From: Candidatus Altiarchaeota archaeon | GTDB lineage: Archaea > Altiarchaeota > Altiarchaeia > IMC4 > QMZM01 | Length of the DNA stretch: 64,000 nt | NCBI GenBank assembly: GCA_038891095.1 | Contig: JAWAEV010000001.1 | Location: forward strand, 164,468-228,467 | Direction: 5' to 3' | Part shown: piece by piece, positions 9,259 through 19,113 of the stretch | Numbering within the stretch: the stretch's first letter is position 1 | How the letters are laid out: each line of letters opens with the position of its first letter | The notes under the pieces: generated by a model | Databases searched by the model: none | Told to the model about the DNA's origin: nothing | The model's input: only the letters and a program-made list of their open reading frames with translations | Position numbers and translations under genes: made by a program

Positions 9259-11427
9259 ATGAACTCAAAAAATTTTATATCTTTGGCTATGGTAATCTTC
9301 TTGTTTGGATTTATTAGCCTTAACGTAAATGCAGCAAAGGACATAAAGCTAAATGTTGATGTAGTCCCAAGTTCTATAATAGTAGGTGAAAATTTTAATG
9401 TTTTAATTACTCTTGAATATGATGGTGATGACATTGAAACAAGTGATGATATTACAATAAAAATTTATAAGGAAGGTGTTCTTGTTCATGATAAAGAATA
9501 CAATTTGCCATATAGATTAAATAGCACTAATACAACTTACACATTTAATATCAGTTCAACAAGTTTTAGGGTTGATAATGCCGATGTTTGGAATAAAAAT
9601 TTAATGAACTATGAATGTGGTGATAATCAAGAAATAAAAGTTGAAATTTCTGGCGATGTTAAAAGTAGAGATGATACAGATGATATAGATATTAACCCAT
9701 ACAAGGAGGATTATGAACTCTCATTTACAATTTCTCCTGAAAACCCAAATGTTGATCAGAAAATAGTTGTGCATGTTGTTGATGAGGATAATGATGATCT
9801 TAAAGATGCAAAAGTAAAATTTACAAGGCTTGAAGATAACGATGCTTGGGATTATGACGATACCTACTTAATAAAAACAACAGATAGCAAAGGTGAGGTT
9901 ATCCTAACAAATGGGCTATCAGGAGAAAGCAAATTTAGAAGTGCGCCATATTCTAAATATCAGGTTGATGTTTATAAAGAAGGTAAATACTGCAAAGTTA
10001 CAAAATTCTTTGATACAAGAAGAAGGCTAAACATTACAGAAATTCCTTCTCCTATTTTCGTTGGAAAAGCGATAAAATTAAGGATTGTTGATGATTCTGG
10101 TGTTCCTGTTGCAAATGCAAACTTAATGGTAAGTAAAACCGGATTTAGCCAAAAATTTACAAGCGATAATAGTGGTTATGTAATTTTCACACTAGAGGAG
10201 GAAGGCACATATAATTTAATTGCTTCAAAAACAGGATATGGCGATAGTGATATAAAGAGTATTGCAGTTAATGTTCGTGGTAATCTTGGTGTTTCTATAA
10301 CTCCAAAAGATGCTATTCTTGGTAGCTCTGTTAAAATAGTTATTACCGCATCTGATGGCTCTTTACTTTCTGGAGCAAAAATACAAATAACAAAACCTGA
10401 TGGAACAAAAGAAGCATTATTAACAACACCTGAAACTGGTCAGGTTTCATACATACCTTCAATTCCTGGAACTTATACTTTGAGAGTAGAAGAAGCTTCT
10501 CATCTGCCAAGAGATGACTCCTTTATTGCTCTGAATGAATTTACTTTAACTTTACCACAGGAGATAACTCTTTACCAAGATATTGAGATTGTTGTTAGAG
10601 ATCAAAATGGATTAACAGTTGGTGGAGCTTCTATTACAATTGATTCAATTACAGGCACAACAGATAATGAAGGTAAATTTAAATTTAAATTAGAAAATCC
10701 AGGTAGCTATACAATAACTGTAAAGAAAGCAAATTTCAGAGATAAAACACAGACAATTACTACAATAGGAAATTTAAAGTTAGAGTTAAGCTCAAAAGAA
10801 ATTTTCATTGATGAACCTATTACAATTAAAGTCACAGACCAATTAGGAAAAGAGATCACAGACGCAACTATAGAGATAACAAAGCCAGACTCAACGAAAG
10901 AAAGTTCAGGAAGGGAATATAAACCTCAAACAGATGGAAATTATATCGTAACAGTTTCAAAGGCAAATTACAGACCTGCAACTGAAAATTTCACAGTAAG
11001 GAGAATTCCATTAGAAATGAAGGTTGATGTTATTGGAAATAGAATAGTAGCAACTCTCTCAAAGAATGGTGAACCACTGCAAAACATTCCTGTGAAAATT
11101 GATACAATATTTGGTGGTGAAGAAATACTAACAGATGAGCTTGGGAAAGCAGAATTTGAAATTGTAAACATAACTGAAAAAATAAATGTTACTATAAGCG
11201 TGAATTCACCAAAATATGAAAAGTTGAGTGTTGAAAGACAGGTAGTGCCAACATCGCCTTTGACAAACATTGCAATTGGAATTATTGTTGTGATAATACT
11301 TGTTCTCCTTGTGTATATACAAATAAGGAGAAGAAAACCAAAGAAAGAAAAGAGTTTAGTAGGGACTAGTTTATTACAGAAAGAAAAAAGAAAAGGTAGT
11401 AGTTTAAGTGGTTTAAGTAAATTATAA
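9259..11427 (+). CDS. Second cell-surface Ig-like repeat protein with C-terminal TM anchor
   Basis: Signal peptide, several V.D..G.PV..A / TTD..G / G.Y.I...K repeats, TM and basic tail. Confidence 0.75.
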   Translation: MNSKNFISLAMVIFLFGFISLNVNAAKDIKLNVDVVPSSIIVGENFNVLITLEYDGDDIETSDDITIKIYKEGVLVHDKEYNLPYRLNSTNTTYTFNISSTSFRVDNADVWNKNLMNYECGDNQEIKVEISGDVKSRDDTDDIDINPYKEDYELSFTISPENPNVDQKIVVHVVDEDNDDLKDAKVKFTRLEDNDAWDYDDTYLIKTTDSKGEVILTNGLSGESKFRSAPYSKYQVDVYKEGKYCKVTKFFDTRRRLNITEIPSPIFVGKAIKLRIVDDSGVPVANANLMVSKTGFSQKFTSDNSGYVIFTLEEEGTYNLIASKTGYGDSDIKSIAVNVRGNLGVSITPKDAILGSSVKIVITASDGSLLSGAKIQITKPDGTKEALLTTPETGQVSYIPSIPGTYTLRVEEASHLPRDDSFIALNEFTLTLPQEITLYQDIEIVVRDQNGLTVGGASITIDSITGTTDNEGKFKFKLENPGSYTITVKKANFRDKTQTITTIGNLKLELSSKEIFIDEPITIKVTDQLGKEITDATIEITKPDSTKESSGREYKPQTDGNYIVTVSKANYRPATENFTVRRIPLEMKVDVIGNRIVATLSKNGEPLQNIPVKIDTIFGGEEILTDELGKAEFEIVNITEKINVTISVNSPKYEKLSVERQVVPTSPLTNIAIGIIVVIILVLLVYIQIRRRKPKKEKSLVGTSLLQKEKRKGSSLSGLSKL

Positions 11428-11447
11428 TTTTTCTTAATTCTTTAATA

Positions 11448-12509
11448 ATGGCAATAGAGTTAACAACAAATGCATTTGGCGTTTTTGCTTTAAAGAACGG
11501 TAGAGTTATAGAGAAAATTTTATTTCCTAAAAATGCAAGTTTTGTTGCATTAAAGTTAGTAGAGGTAGAGAACTCAGTTTGTGAAGAAGAAAAAGAACTT
11601 GTTCTATTGCTTAAAAAATCTGGTGTAAAGGAACTCTCTGTTGATAATCCAGGAAGATTTAGAAAATTAAATTTAGGTATTGAATTTAAAAAGAAGGAAA
11701 AGTTAAGTGCTCCTGATGCTGAGCAGCTATCAATCCAAGAAGATGAATTTATGAATTTTCTCAGGGAAGTTCAAATTGAAATAGCAAAGATTAAATTAAA
11801 AGAGAGTTCATGGGATAGGATTCTAATTCAAAGCATAAACACATTGCAGGATTTAGAAAATAACAACAATATTATGGCTGAACATCTTAGGGAGTGGTAC
11901 TCACTAAATTTTCCAGAATTAGAAAAATTTTTAAAGGACCAGAAGAGTTATGCAATTGCAATAGCAAAGGAAAATGAACTTGATAAAGGCTTGAGAGAGA
12001 AAATTTCTGCAGAAAAAGCTAAAAGTTTTGGTATGAAATTTTCAACTCATGATATGGAAATTGTTAAAAAATTTGCAGAATATGTCTTGGCAGGAGAGAA
12101 AACAAAGGAAGATATTGATGCTTACATAACTTATCTTATGGAAAAAAATGCTCCAAATATAACTGCTCTTGTTGGTGCATTACTTGGAGCAAAATTGATC
12201 TCTTTAGCAGGTAGCTTAGAGAAGCTAGCATTAATGCCATCATCAACAATACAAATTTTAGGAGCTGAAAAAGCATTTTTTAAATTTCTAAAAACAAGAA
12301 AAAAACCACCAAAACATGGCATCATCTTTCAACTACCAGAAATAAGGAGTGCTAATAGAAAAATTCGTGGAAAAATTTCAAGAACATTGGCTGCAAAGTT
12401 AAGTATTGCAGCAAAAGCAGATTACTATAAAGGCGATTTTGTTGGTGATAAATTAAGAGAAGACTTTTTAAGGAGAATTGAAAGTCTAAAAAATATGGAA
12501 AGTAAATAA
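11448..12509 (+). CDS. nop5: Box C/D sRNP protein Nop5
   Basis: REWYSLNFPEL, APNITALVG, MPSSTIQILGAEKA and PPKHGII motifs. Confidence 0.95.
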   Translation: MAIELTTNAFGVFALKNGRVIEKILFPKNASFVALKLVEVENSVCEEEKELVLLLKKSGVKELSVDNPGRFRKLNLGIEFKKKEKLSAPDAEQLSIQEDEFMNFLREVQIEIAKIKLKESSWDRILIQSINTLQDLENNNNIMAEHLREWYSLNFPELEKFLKDQKSYAIAIAKENELDKGLREKISAEKAKSFGMKFSTHDMEIVKKFAEYVLAGEKTKEDIDAYITYLMEKNAPNITALVGALLGAKLISLAGSLEKLALMPSSTIQILGAEKAFFKFLKTRKKPPKHGIIFQLPEIRSANRKIRGKISRTLAAKLSIAAKADYYKGDFVGDKLREDFLRRIESLKNMESK

Positions 12510-12512
12510 TAG

Positions 12513-14033
12513 CTATACTTCCTCAATAAAAAAATTTTTTATCCTTCTAAAGATTCCTTTTTTGCTCTCTTTAACTTTGTCTTTTAAGAAGATTGGTTTT
12601 ATCTTTGCAACTAAGCTATTTTGCTTTTCTTTTTTTATTTCCTCAGTAAGTGCTTTAGCAATATGCTTTGTTTCTCTAACTCTTATATTCACAACTATTG
12701 GTTGTTCAACACACTCGCCAACAATTAAAGCCTGACCAATAGCTAACTCTTTTATATCATTTTCCATCCCAGAAGTAAATCCTTCAATTGATTGAGCTAT
12801 TGCCTTTAAGTCATTTGGATTTGTAACTTTAAGAATTATTTGTGTGTTACATTGCGAAAGCACATTCTTATCAATTCTTGCTGGTCTTTGCGAAACTACG
12901 CCAAGGTAAAACCCAAATTTTCTGCCTTCTGAAGCAATTGTCCTTAATATATTTGAAGAGAGTGCATCTCCAAAACCCTTTTCAGGACAAAAATTGTGTG
13001 CTTCTTCAACTAAAAAAAAGAAATCTGGAAGTTCAGCTAATTTTTTTGCATTAAATAAATCCCTTGCAATTTTTCCAACAATAAGTTCTTGAATTTCTTG
13101 CTCACATCCCTTTAAATTTATTATAGATGCTTTTCCGTATTGCACAAGTTCTCCATTGCTTATAGGCAAACCATCAAAAACACCACTATTTCTTAAATTT
13201 TCTAAACCATTAATAATTTTCCATTTAGCACTACTTGAATCCAAATGAACAACATTTATCAAATCTTGCAAGGTATAGTCTCTACCTTCAAGTCTTTTAA
13301 GAGCATCATATAAAATTCCTTTTTGCTTGTCGTTGAGTTGCATTGGCATTGTCCTTATTAACTCCTCTAAGGAAAATTTTGGCTTTAGAGTTAATTTCTT
13401 TGCATCTGCATTTACAATAATGTTTGGAGCATATTCCTGAATTTGGTTTTCATAGCTATGTGGTGATACATTAAATTTTAGCATTGTATCATAGTCATCA
13501 TTCTCATATTTTAAAGAGGAATATTCACCATGAGGATCAATTATAACTACAGGAAATTTTTGTTTTAACAACTCCTCAATTAGAACAGCAACGGCATAAC
13601 TCTTTCCAGCTCCTGTTTTCGCAATAACCGCTACATGCTTACCTATCGTTTTCTTCAAATTTAAATAAACAGGAAGATTATGTCCTTCCAAAGTTCCAAG
13701 ATAAAGATTGCCTTCCTTTTTGCTCTTTATTCCTATAACTTGCATTATAATTTCTTGATCAGCAAGATAAACTTTTTGATCAGGCTTAAAGGGCATTCTT
13801 GGCATTAAAATTTGCTGTTCATGTGAATAGCCAACTGGTCTTGCACTTGCTATCATAACCTCCTCAGAATTTTGATTTATAAACCTTCTTAGATCATAAA
13901 TTCTCGCTAAGACCCAACCATATTGCTCATGGTAAACCTTCACATATGTGCCTCTCTCAACTTCTGTTGTTGAAAGTGCTATTTCAAATTTTGTTGGTTT
14001 GACTTCTCCAAAAATGCTACCTATAAGTTTCAT
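12513..14033 (-). CDS. HerA/DUF87-family ATPase
   Basis: N-terminal HAS-barrel-like region, HVAVIAKTGAGKS, IDPHGEY, EEAHNF, EGRKFG and SQRP motifs. Confidence 0.9.
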   Translation of the reverse strand: MKLIGSIFGEVKPTKFEIALSTTEVERGTYVKVYHEQYGWVLARIYDLRRFINQNSEEVMIASARPVGYSHEQQILMPRMPFKPDQKVYLADQEIIMQVIGIKSKKEGNLYLGTLEGHNLPVYLNLKKTIGKHVAVIAKTGAGKSYAVAVLIEELLKQKFPVVIIDPHGEYSSLKYENDDYDTMLKFNVSPHSYENQIQEYAPNIIVNADAKKLTLKPKFSLEELIRTMPMQLNDKQKGILYDALKRLEGRDYTLQDLINVVHLDSSSAKWKIINGLENLRNSGVFDGLPISNGELVQYGKASIINLKGCEQEIQELIVGKIARDLFNAKKLAELPDFFFLVEEAHNFCPEKGFGDALSSNILRTIASEGRKFGFYLGVVSQRPARIDKNVLSQCNTQIILKVTNPNDLKAIAQSIEGFTSGMENDIKELAIGQALIVGECVEQPIVVNIRVRETKHIAKALTEEIKKEKQNSLVAKIKPIFLKDKVKESKKGIFRRIKNFFIEEV

Positions 14034-15184
14034 CTCAAAACAGAAATTTCCCTTAGCTCATTAACAATTTTTGGTAAAATTTCAAGAAAATAGTTAATTT
14101 CCTGCTCAGTGTTATCCTTTCCAAGAGTTATTCTCAAGCTACCATGAGCATCTTCTGGCTTTAAACCAATTGCAATTAAAACATGACTTGGCTCAAGAGA
14201 ATGGGAAGAGCATGCTGAACCTGTAGAAGCTGCAATTCCATATGCATCTAATTTTAAAACAAGCGCTTCACCTTCAACTCCATAAAATGAGAAATTTGCA
14301 TTGTTAGGCAAACGAATTTTTTCATGTCCATTCAAGCGAACTTCTTCTATATTGTTTAAAACTTCTCTTATAAGCTTATCTCTCATTCTCTCAATTCTTT
14401 CTGCTTCACCATTTCTCATTCTCTCATATGCTAATTCAAGCGCCTTTGCTAAGCCAACTATACCAGGAACATTTTCTGTTCCAGATCTCAAGCCATGTTC
14501 ATGGCCGCCACCATGAGCAATTGCTTCTATCTTTGTGCCCTTTCTGATATATAATGCTCCAACGCCTTTTGGGCCATAGAATTTATGTCCTGATATACTC
14601 AAAAGATCAACATTTAGCTTTTCAACATTGACTGGGATTTTACCAACAGTCTGAACAGCATCACTATGCAATAGAACATCTTTTTTCTTTGCAATTTCTC
14701 CAATCTCAGCTATTGGTTGAATTGTTCCTATTTCATTATTCGCGTGCATTACTGAGATTAGCAAAGTTTTCTTGCTGACTAACTTTTCAATTTCATCTAT
14801 GCAAACAATACCTTCGCTATTAACAGAAGCGTAACTAACTTTCCAGCCATTTTTCTCTAAATATTCACAAGGGTGTAAAACAGCATGATGTTCTATCTTA
14901 CTTGTTATAATATGCTTTTTCTCTTTATTTGAAAATGCCACTCCTTTTATTGCTAAATTATTACTTTCAGTTCCGCCAGAAGTAAAATAAATTTCTTCAG
15001 AAGAAGCACCGATAATTTTTGCAATTTTTTCTCTTGAATTTTCTACAGCCTCACGAGCTTCTCTTCCAAATAAGTGCAAAGAGGATGCATTGCCATACTT
15101 ATCTGAGAAATATGGCATCATTGCTTCAAGAACCTCTCTATCAAGAGGAGTTGTTGCAGCATGGTCAAAATAAATTCTTCTCAT
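14030..15184 (-). CDS. iscS: Cysteine desulfurase (IscS/NifS group I)
   Basis: YFDHAATTP, SGHKFYGPKG (PLP Lys), STGSACSS (catalytic Cys). Confidence 0.95.
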   Translation of the reverse strand: MRRIYFDHAATTPLDREVLEAMMPYFSDKYGNASSLHLFGREAREAVENSREKIAKIIGASSEEIYFTSGGTESNNLAIKGVAFSNKEKKHIITSKIEHHAVLHPCEYLEKNGWKVSYASVNSEGIVCIDEIEKLVSKKTLLISVMHANNEIGTIQPIAEIGEIAKKKDVLLHSDAVQTVGKIPVNVEKLNVDLLSISGHKFYGPKGVGALYIRKGTKIEAIAHGGGHEHGLRSGTENVPGIVGLAKALELAYERMRNGEAERIERMRDKLIREVLNNIEEVRLNGHEKIRLPNNANFSFYGVEGEALVLKLDAYGIAASTGSACSSHSLEPSHVLIAIGLKPEDAHGSLRITLGKDNTEQEINYFLEILPKIVNELREISVLR

Positions 15185-15192
15185 TTTTACAA

Positions 15193-15969
15193 TTAAATTT
15201 TTAATAATTTTAATGCAACCTCAGCTGCTTTTTCTCCTGAAAGTAACATCGCTCCAAAAGTTGGTCCCATCCTTGGTAAGCCAAAAATCTCAGCAACAGA
15301 CATTCCACAAGCAATTAAACCTGGGAAAATTTCTTTTGTATAGGTAAGAACTAAATCCTCTGACTCATTAATATTCATAGCCCCAGTTCCTTTAATCTTT
15401 ATTAAATTTCTCTTTTCTAATGCTCTCATAACAACTGCCTCATGACCTGAAGCATCAATAACAATTTTAGCTTCAAGAGCAATAGGATCAACACAAGTTA
15501 TCTCTTTTGGCAAGTGAGAGACTGCATGCCAATTAGCCACAACACCAGAAACTTTTCTTTTTTTAATTATAACATCTTCAAATTTAACACAATTTAAAAT
15601 TTTTGCTCCAGCATCACATGCTGCTGAAATTAATTTTGAGCATGTTCTTGGACCATCTGATACAAATAATCCCTCTTTAATTTCCTTATAAGGTGCTTTA
15701 ATTTCATCAAGAATTTTCTCTGCTGGTTGTCGAAAAGTTAATTTATTCATTAAAAACCCTCCGATCCAAAAACCACCACCAATGTAATTATTTGCTTCAA
15801 TTAATAATGTTTTAACTTTTTTCTCAGAAAGTTTCTTTGCCGCAGTTAAACCAGATGGGCCTCCACCTACAATTATTACATCGCTTTCAGTATATTCTAA
15901 AAAATCCTCCAAAAATTCAGAAACAATAGCTCTTGTAATTTCACTCTCATTTACTTGTTTAAAAACCAT
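15193..15969 (-). CDS. thi4: Thiazole synthase Thi4 (Cys-containing CVDP form)
   Basis: GGGPSGL, GGGFWIGG, TCVDP, DASGH and RMGPTFGAMLLSG motifs. Confidence 0.93.
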   Translation of the reverse strand: MVFKQVNESEITRAIVSEFLEDFLEYTESDVIIVGGGPSGLTAAKKLSEKKVKTLLIEANNYIGGGFWIGGFLMNKLTFRQPAEKILDEIKAPYKEIKEGLFVSDGPRTCSKLISAACDAGAKILNCVKFEDVIIKKRKVSGVVANWHAVSHLPKEITCVDPIALEAKIVIDASGHEAVVMRALEKRNLIKIKGTGAMNINESEDLVLTYTKEIFPGLIACGMSVAEIFGLPRMGPTFGAMLLSGEKAAEVALKLLKI

Positions 15970-16002
15970 TTTATATCTTATTATTGATTTTGAATAAAAA
16001 AC

Positions 16003-17172
16003 CTAAATTTTTCTTAATGCCTGCTCCAAATCAGCTATTAAATCATCTGAATTTTCTATCCCAACTGATAGTCTTATTAAGCCATCACTAATTCCTTTGG
16101 CCTCTCTCTCCTCTTTTGTTAGAGATGCATGAGTCATTGTCGCAGGATGCGTTATTAATGATTCAACACCACCTAAACTCTCTGCTAATGACCACAACTT
16201 TACTTCCTGCATAAGTTTTTTTCCTGCTTCTAAGCCACCATAAAGCTCAAATGAAATCATACCACCAAAACCAGACATCTGCTTTTTCGCTAATTCATAT
16301 TGTGGATGACTTTTAAGGCCAGGATAAATTACTTTTTTTACTTTATCATGTTTCTCTAAGTATTCAGCAATTTTCTTTCCATTTTCATTATGTTGTTTCA
16401 TTCTCAAAGCTAAGGTTTTTATTCCTCTAATGGTAAGCCATGAATCAAAAGGGCCTAGTAAAGGACCGGTGCTCATTTCTATAAATTTTAAATCTTCAAT
16501 AAGCTGTTTATCTTTTGAAATTATTGCCCCTGCAATTAAGTCATTATGACCTGCTAAATACTTTGTTAAGCTATGAACAACTGTATCTGCTCCGAGCTCT
16601 AATGGCTTTTGAAAATATGGCGTCATGAATGTATTATCTACAACTAAATGTAATTCATTATTATGCGCAATCCTAGAGATCTTTGATATGTCATAAATTT
16701 TTAATAATGGATTTGTTGGTGTTTCTATAAAAATCATTTTAGTGTTTTCTTTTATATTTTTTTCTATGTTCTGTAAATTAGTCATATCAATAAAACTGCT
16801 TTCTAAATTAAATTTTCTCAGGATCTTAGTTAATAGCCTATAAGTTCCTCCATAGATATCTTCACAGAAGATAACATGATCATTTGCTTTTAAGGTAAAC
16901 ATCAACGCAGTGATAGCAGCCATTCCAGAGCTAAATGCAACCGCACCATTACCACCTTCTAAAGCATTTAACTTGTTTTCAAGAATAACTCGTGTTGGAT
17001 GTGCCGTCCTTGAATAATCAAAACCTTCTTTTCTAATTTCTGTTCCTTTTAACTTTCCAACTTCATCCAAAACATAAGTTGCTGTTTGATATATTGGCGT
17101 GATGAGAGCTCCTGTTACTTTTTCTGGATTTTCTCCTGCCCTCACAACCTTAGTTTCAAATTTCATTTTCAT
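16003..17172 (-). CDS. Cystathionine gamma-lyase/synthase (Cys/Met PLP family)
   Basis: PIYQTATY, YSR, FSSGMAAI, ETPTNP, HSLTKYLAGH and AESLGGVESL motifs; start moved to the ATG at 17172. Confidence 0.93.
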   Translation of the reverse strand: MKMKFETKVVRAGENPEKVTGALITPIYQTATYVLDEVGKLKGTEIRKEGFDYSRTAHPTRVILENKLNALEGGNGAVAFSSGMAAITALMFTLKANDHVIFCEDIYGGTYRLLTKILRKFNLESSFIDMTNLQNIEKNIKENTKMIFIETPTNPLLKIYDISKISRIAHNNELHLVVDNTFMTPYFQKPLELGADTVVHSLTKYLAGHNDLIAGAIISKDKQLIEDLKFIEMSTGPLLGPFDSWLTIRGIKTLALRMKQHNENGKKIAEYLEKHDKVKKVIYPGLKSHPQYELAKKQMSGFGGMISFELYGGLEAGKKLMQEVKLWSLAESLGGVESLITHPATMTHASLTKEEREAKGISDGLIRLSVGIENSDDLIADLEQALRKI

Positions 17173-17179
17173 TAAATTT

Positions 17180-18148
17180 TCATAGAAATTTATTTTGTTG
17201 CATCCAATCATCATCAAAAATTTTGCTTAGATAATTTCTACCGGTATCAGGGAATAATGTAACTATTATCGCATCCTCATCCAAATTTTCTGCGACTCTT
17301 AGAGCTGCAACCATCGCTGCTCCTGATGAACTCCCAACAAGTAATCCTTCTTCTCTTGCTAATCTTCTAGCCATGATCATAGATTCTTTATCTTCAACAA
17401 CAATTATCTCATCAATTATACCCATATCAATTGTCTTTGGAATGAAATCTTCGCCAATACCTTCAATTTTGTATTGATGAATTTCACCTTCGGTTTTATA
17501 AAATTTGTGATGAAAGATTGAACCTTCAGGATCAACGCCAATTATCTTTATATTTGGATTTTTTTTCTTTAGATATTTAGCAACACCAGTTATAGTTCCT
17601 CCTGTTCCCATCCCACAAACAAAATGAGTTACCTTACCGTCAGTATCGTTCCAGATTTCTGGTCCAGTTGTTTCGAAATGTGCTTTAGGATTATTCTCAT
17701 TATAATATTGATTTGGACAAAAGGAATTTTCTATTTCATTTGCTAATTTTTCAGCAACTTTATAATAACTTCTAGGATCTTCTGGTTTTACATCAGTTGG
17801 TGTTCTTATAACTTTAGCACCATAAGCTTTAAGCAAAAGCTCTTTTTCTTTACTCATCTTATCAGGCATTGTAAAAATCATTTTATAACCCTTTACAGCT
17901 GAAACTAATGCTAAACCAACACCAGTGTTACCAGATGTTGGCTCGATTATTGTAGCTTCTTTTTTAATCAGCCCTTTCCTTTCAGCATCTTCAATCATTT
18001 TAATTCCAATTCTATCTTTTACACTACCTCCAGGATTTAAAAATTCAAGTTTTGCAAGTATTTCTGGTTTTATACCTTTTGTGATATTGTTTATTCTAAC
18101 TAACGGTGTGTTTCCGATTAGATCAAGAATGTTATTAGCAACTTTCAT
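17180..18148 (-). CDS. Cystathionine beta-synthase/cysteine synthase family protein
   Basis: IGNTPLV, NPGGSVKDR, EPTSGNTG, PDKMS.EK, GMGTGGT and EGIGED motifs. Confidence 0.93.
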   Translation of the reverse strand: MKVANNILDLIGNTPLVRINNITKGIKPEILAKLEFLNPGGSVKDRIGIKMIEDAERKGLIKKEATIIEPTSGNTGVGLALVSAVKGYKMIFTMPDKMSKEKELLLKAYGAKVIRTPTDVKPEDPRSYYKVAEKLANEIENSFCPNQYYNENNPKAHFETTGPEIWNDTDGKVTHFVCGMGTGGTITGVAKYLKKKNPNIKIIGVDPEGSIFHHKFYKTEGEIHQYKIEGIGEDFIPKTIDMGIIDEIIVVEDKESMIMARRLAREEGLLVGSSSGAAMVAALRVAENLDEDAIIVTLFPDTGRNYLSKIFDDDWMQQNKFL

Positions 18149-18154
18149 ATCATT

Positions 18155-18219
18155 AAATTAACAATTGTTAATTTTTAAGTATTATATTATGTCGTTTCGC
18201 ATTTAAATAACAATTGTTA
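18155..18219. promoter_or_regulatory. Two copies of the palindrome TAACAATTGTTA (18159-18170, inside a perfect 20-bp palindrome at 18155-18174; and 18208-18219) between divergent genes
   Basis: Read directly from the sequence; lies between the CBS operon and the HTH regulator. Confidence 0.8.
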
Positions 18220-18230
18220 AGTTATTTACA

Positions 18231-18590
18231 ATGAAATTTCCATGTGAGATAAAACTTTGGTATGTTCTCCCAAGCATAAGGTCAGAACTGGCTAGAGAGC
18301 TTCTAAAGTTAGGACTAACGCAAAGAGAAATCTCGAAAAAATTAAATTTAACTGAAGCATCAATTTCTTATTACATCAGAGAGAGAAGGGGCTATGAAAT
18401 AAAATTTAGAGACAATATAAAAAAAGAAATTAAAAAATTGGCAAAAGATGTTATCGCTGGTATACCAACAACAGAAATAACCTCTCGTATTTGTGGGATA
18501 TGCAAATTAGCTGAAAGACAAAAAGCTGTTTGTGAAATTCATAAAAAAATTGAGAAAGTTCCTAAAAGATGTGATATTTGCTTAAGTTAA
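18231..18590 (+). CDS. Archaeal HTH transcriptional regulator with Cys-rich C-terminus (COG2522-like)
   Basis: PCE..LPSIR..LA, TQREISKKLNLTEASISYY HTH; CxxC, CxxH and CxxC motifs. Confidence 0.85.
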   Translation: MKFPCEIKLWYVLPSIRSELARELLKLGLTQREISKKLNLTEASISYYIRERRGYEIKFRDNIKKEIKKLAKDVIAGIPTTEITSRICGICKLAERQKAVCEIHKKIEKVPKRCDICLS

Positions 18591-18705
18591 TTTATCTATC
18601 TTCAAGATTTTTCACCTATTTTCACACTTGTTTGTTTGAAAGCATTCAGAAATTAGAAGAAGATTTTATTTTTGTTATCAGTAAAAAATAAGAGAGGTCG
18701 TGCAT

Positions 18706-19113
18706 ATGATTAATGATAAAAAAATCAGAAAAATTTTAAATGAATCCAAAACGATAGCAGTAGTGGGCTGTTCAAGAGACCCAGAAAAAGATGCTCACAA
18801 AATTCCAAAATATTTGAAAGAAAGGGGCTACAAAATTATTCCTATAAATCCATTCGCTAAGGAAATTTTAGGAGAAAAATCTTATAAAACACTTTCTGAT
18901 ATTAAAGAACCTATCGATATTGTAAATATTTTCAGACCAAGTGAAGAATGTCTGCAAATTGTAAAAGAAGCCATTAAATTAAAACCTAAACCAAAAGTAA
19001 TTTGGATGCAACTTGGAATAAAAAATGAAGAAGCTAAAAAATTAGCTGAGAAAAATAAAATCAAAGTTATTATGGATAGATGCATTATGACTGAACACAA
19101 AAATTTAATTTAG
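18706..19113 (+). CDS. CoA-binding protein (YccU-like)
   Basis: TIAVVG.S, IIPINP, DIVNIFRPS, WMQLGI and DRCI motifs. Confidence 0.9.
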   Translation: MINDKKIRKILNESKTIAVVGCSRDPEKDAHKIPKYLKERGYKIIPINPFAKEILGEKSYKTLSDIKEPIDIVNIFRPSEECLQIVKEAIKLKPKPKVIWMQLGIKNEEAKKLAEKNKIKVIMDRCIMTEHKNLI

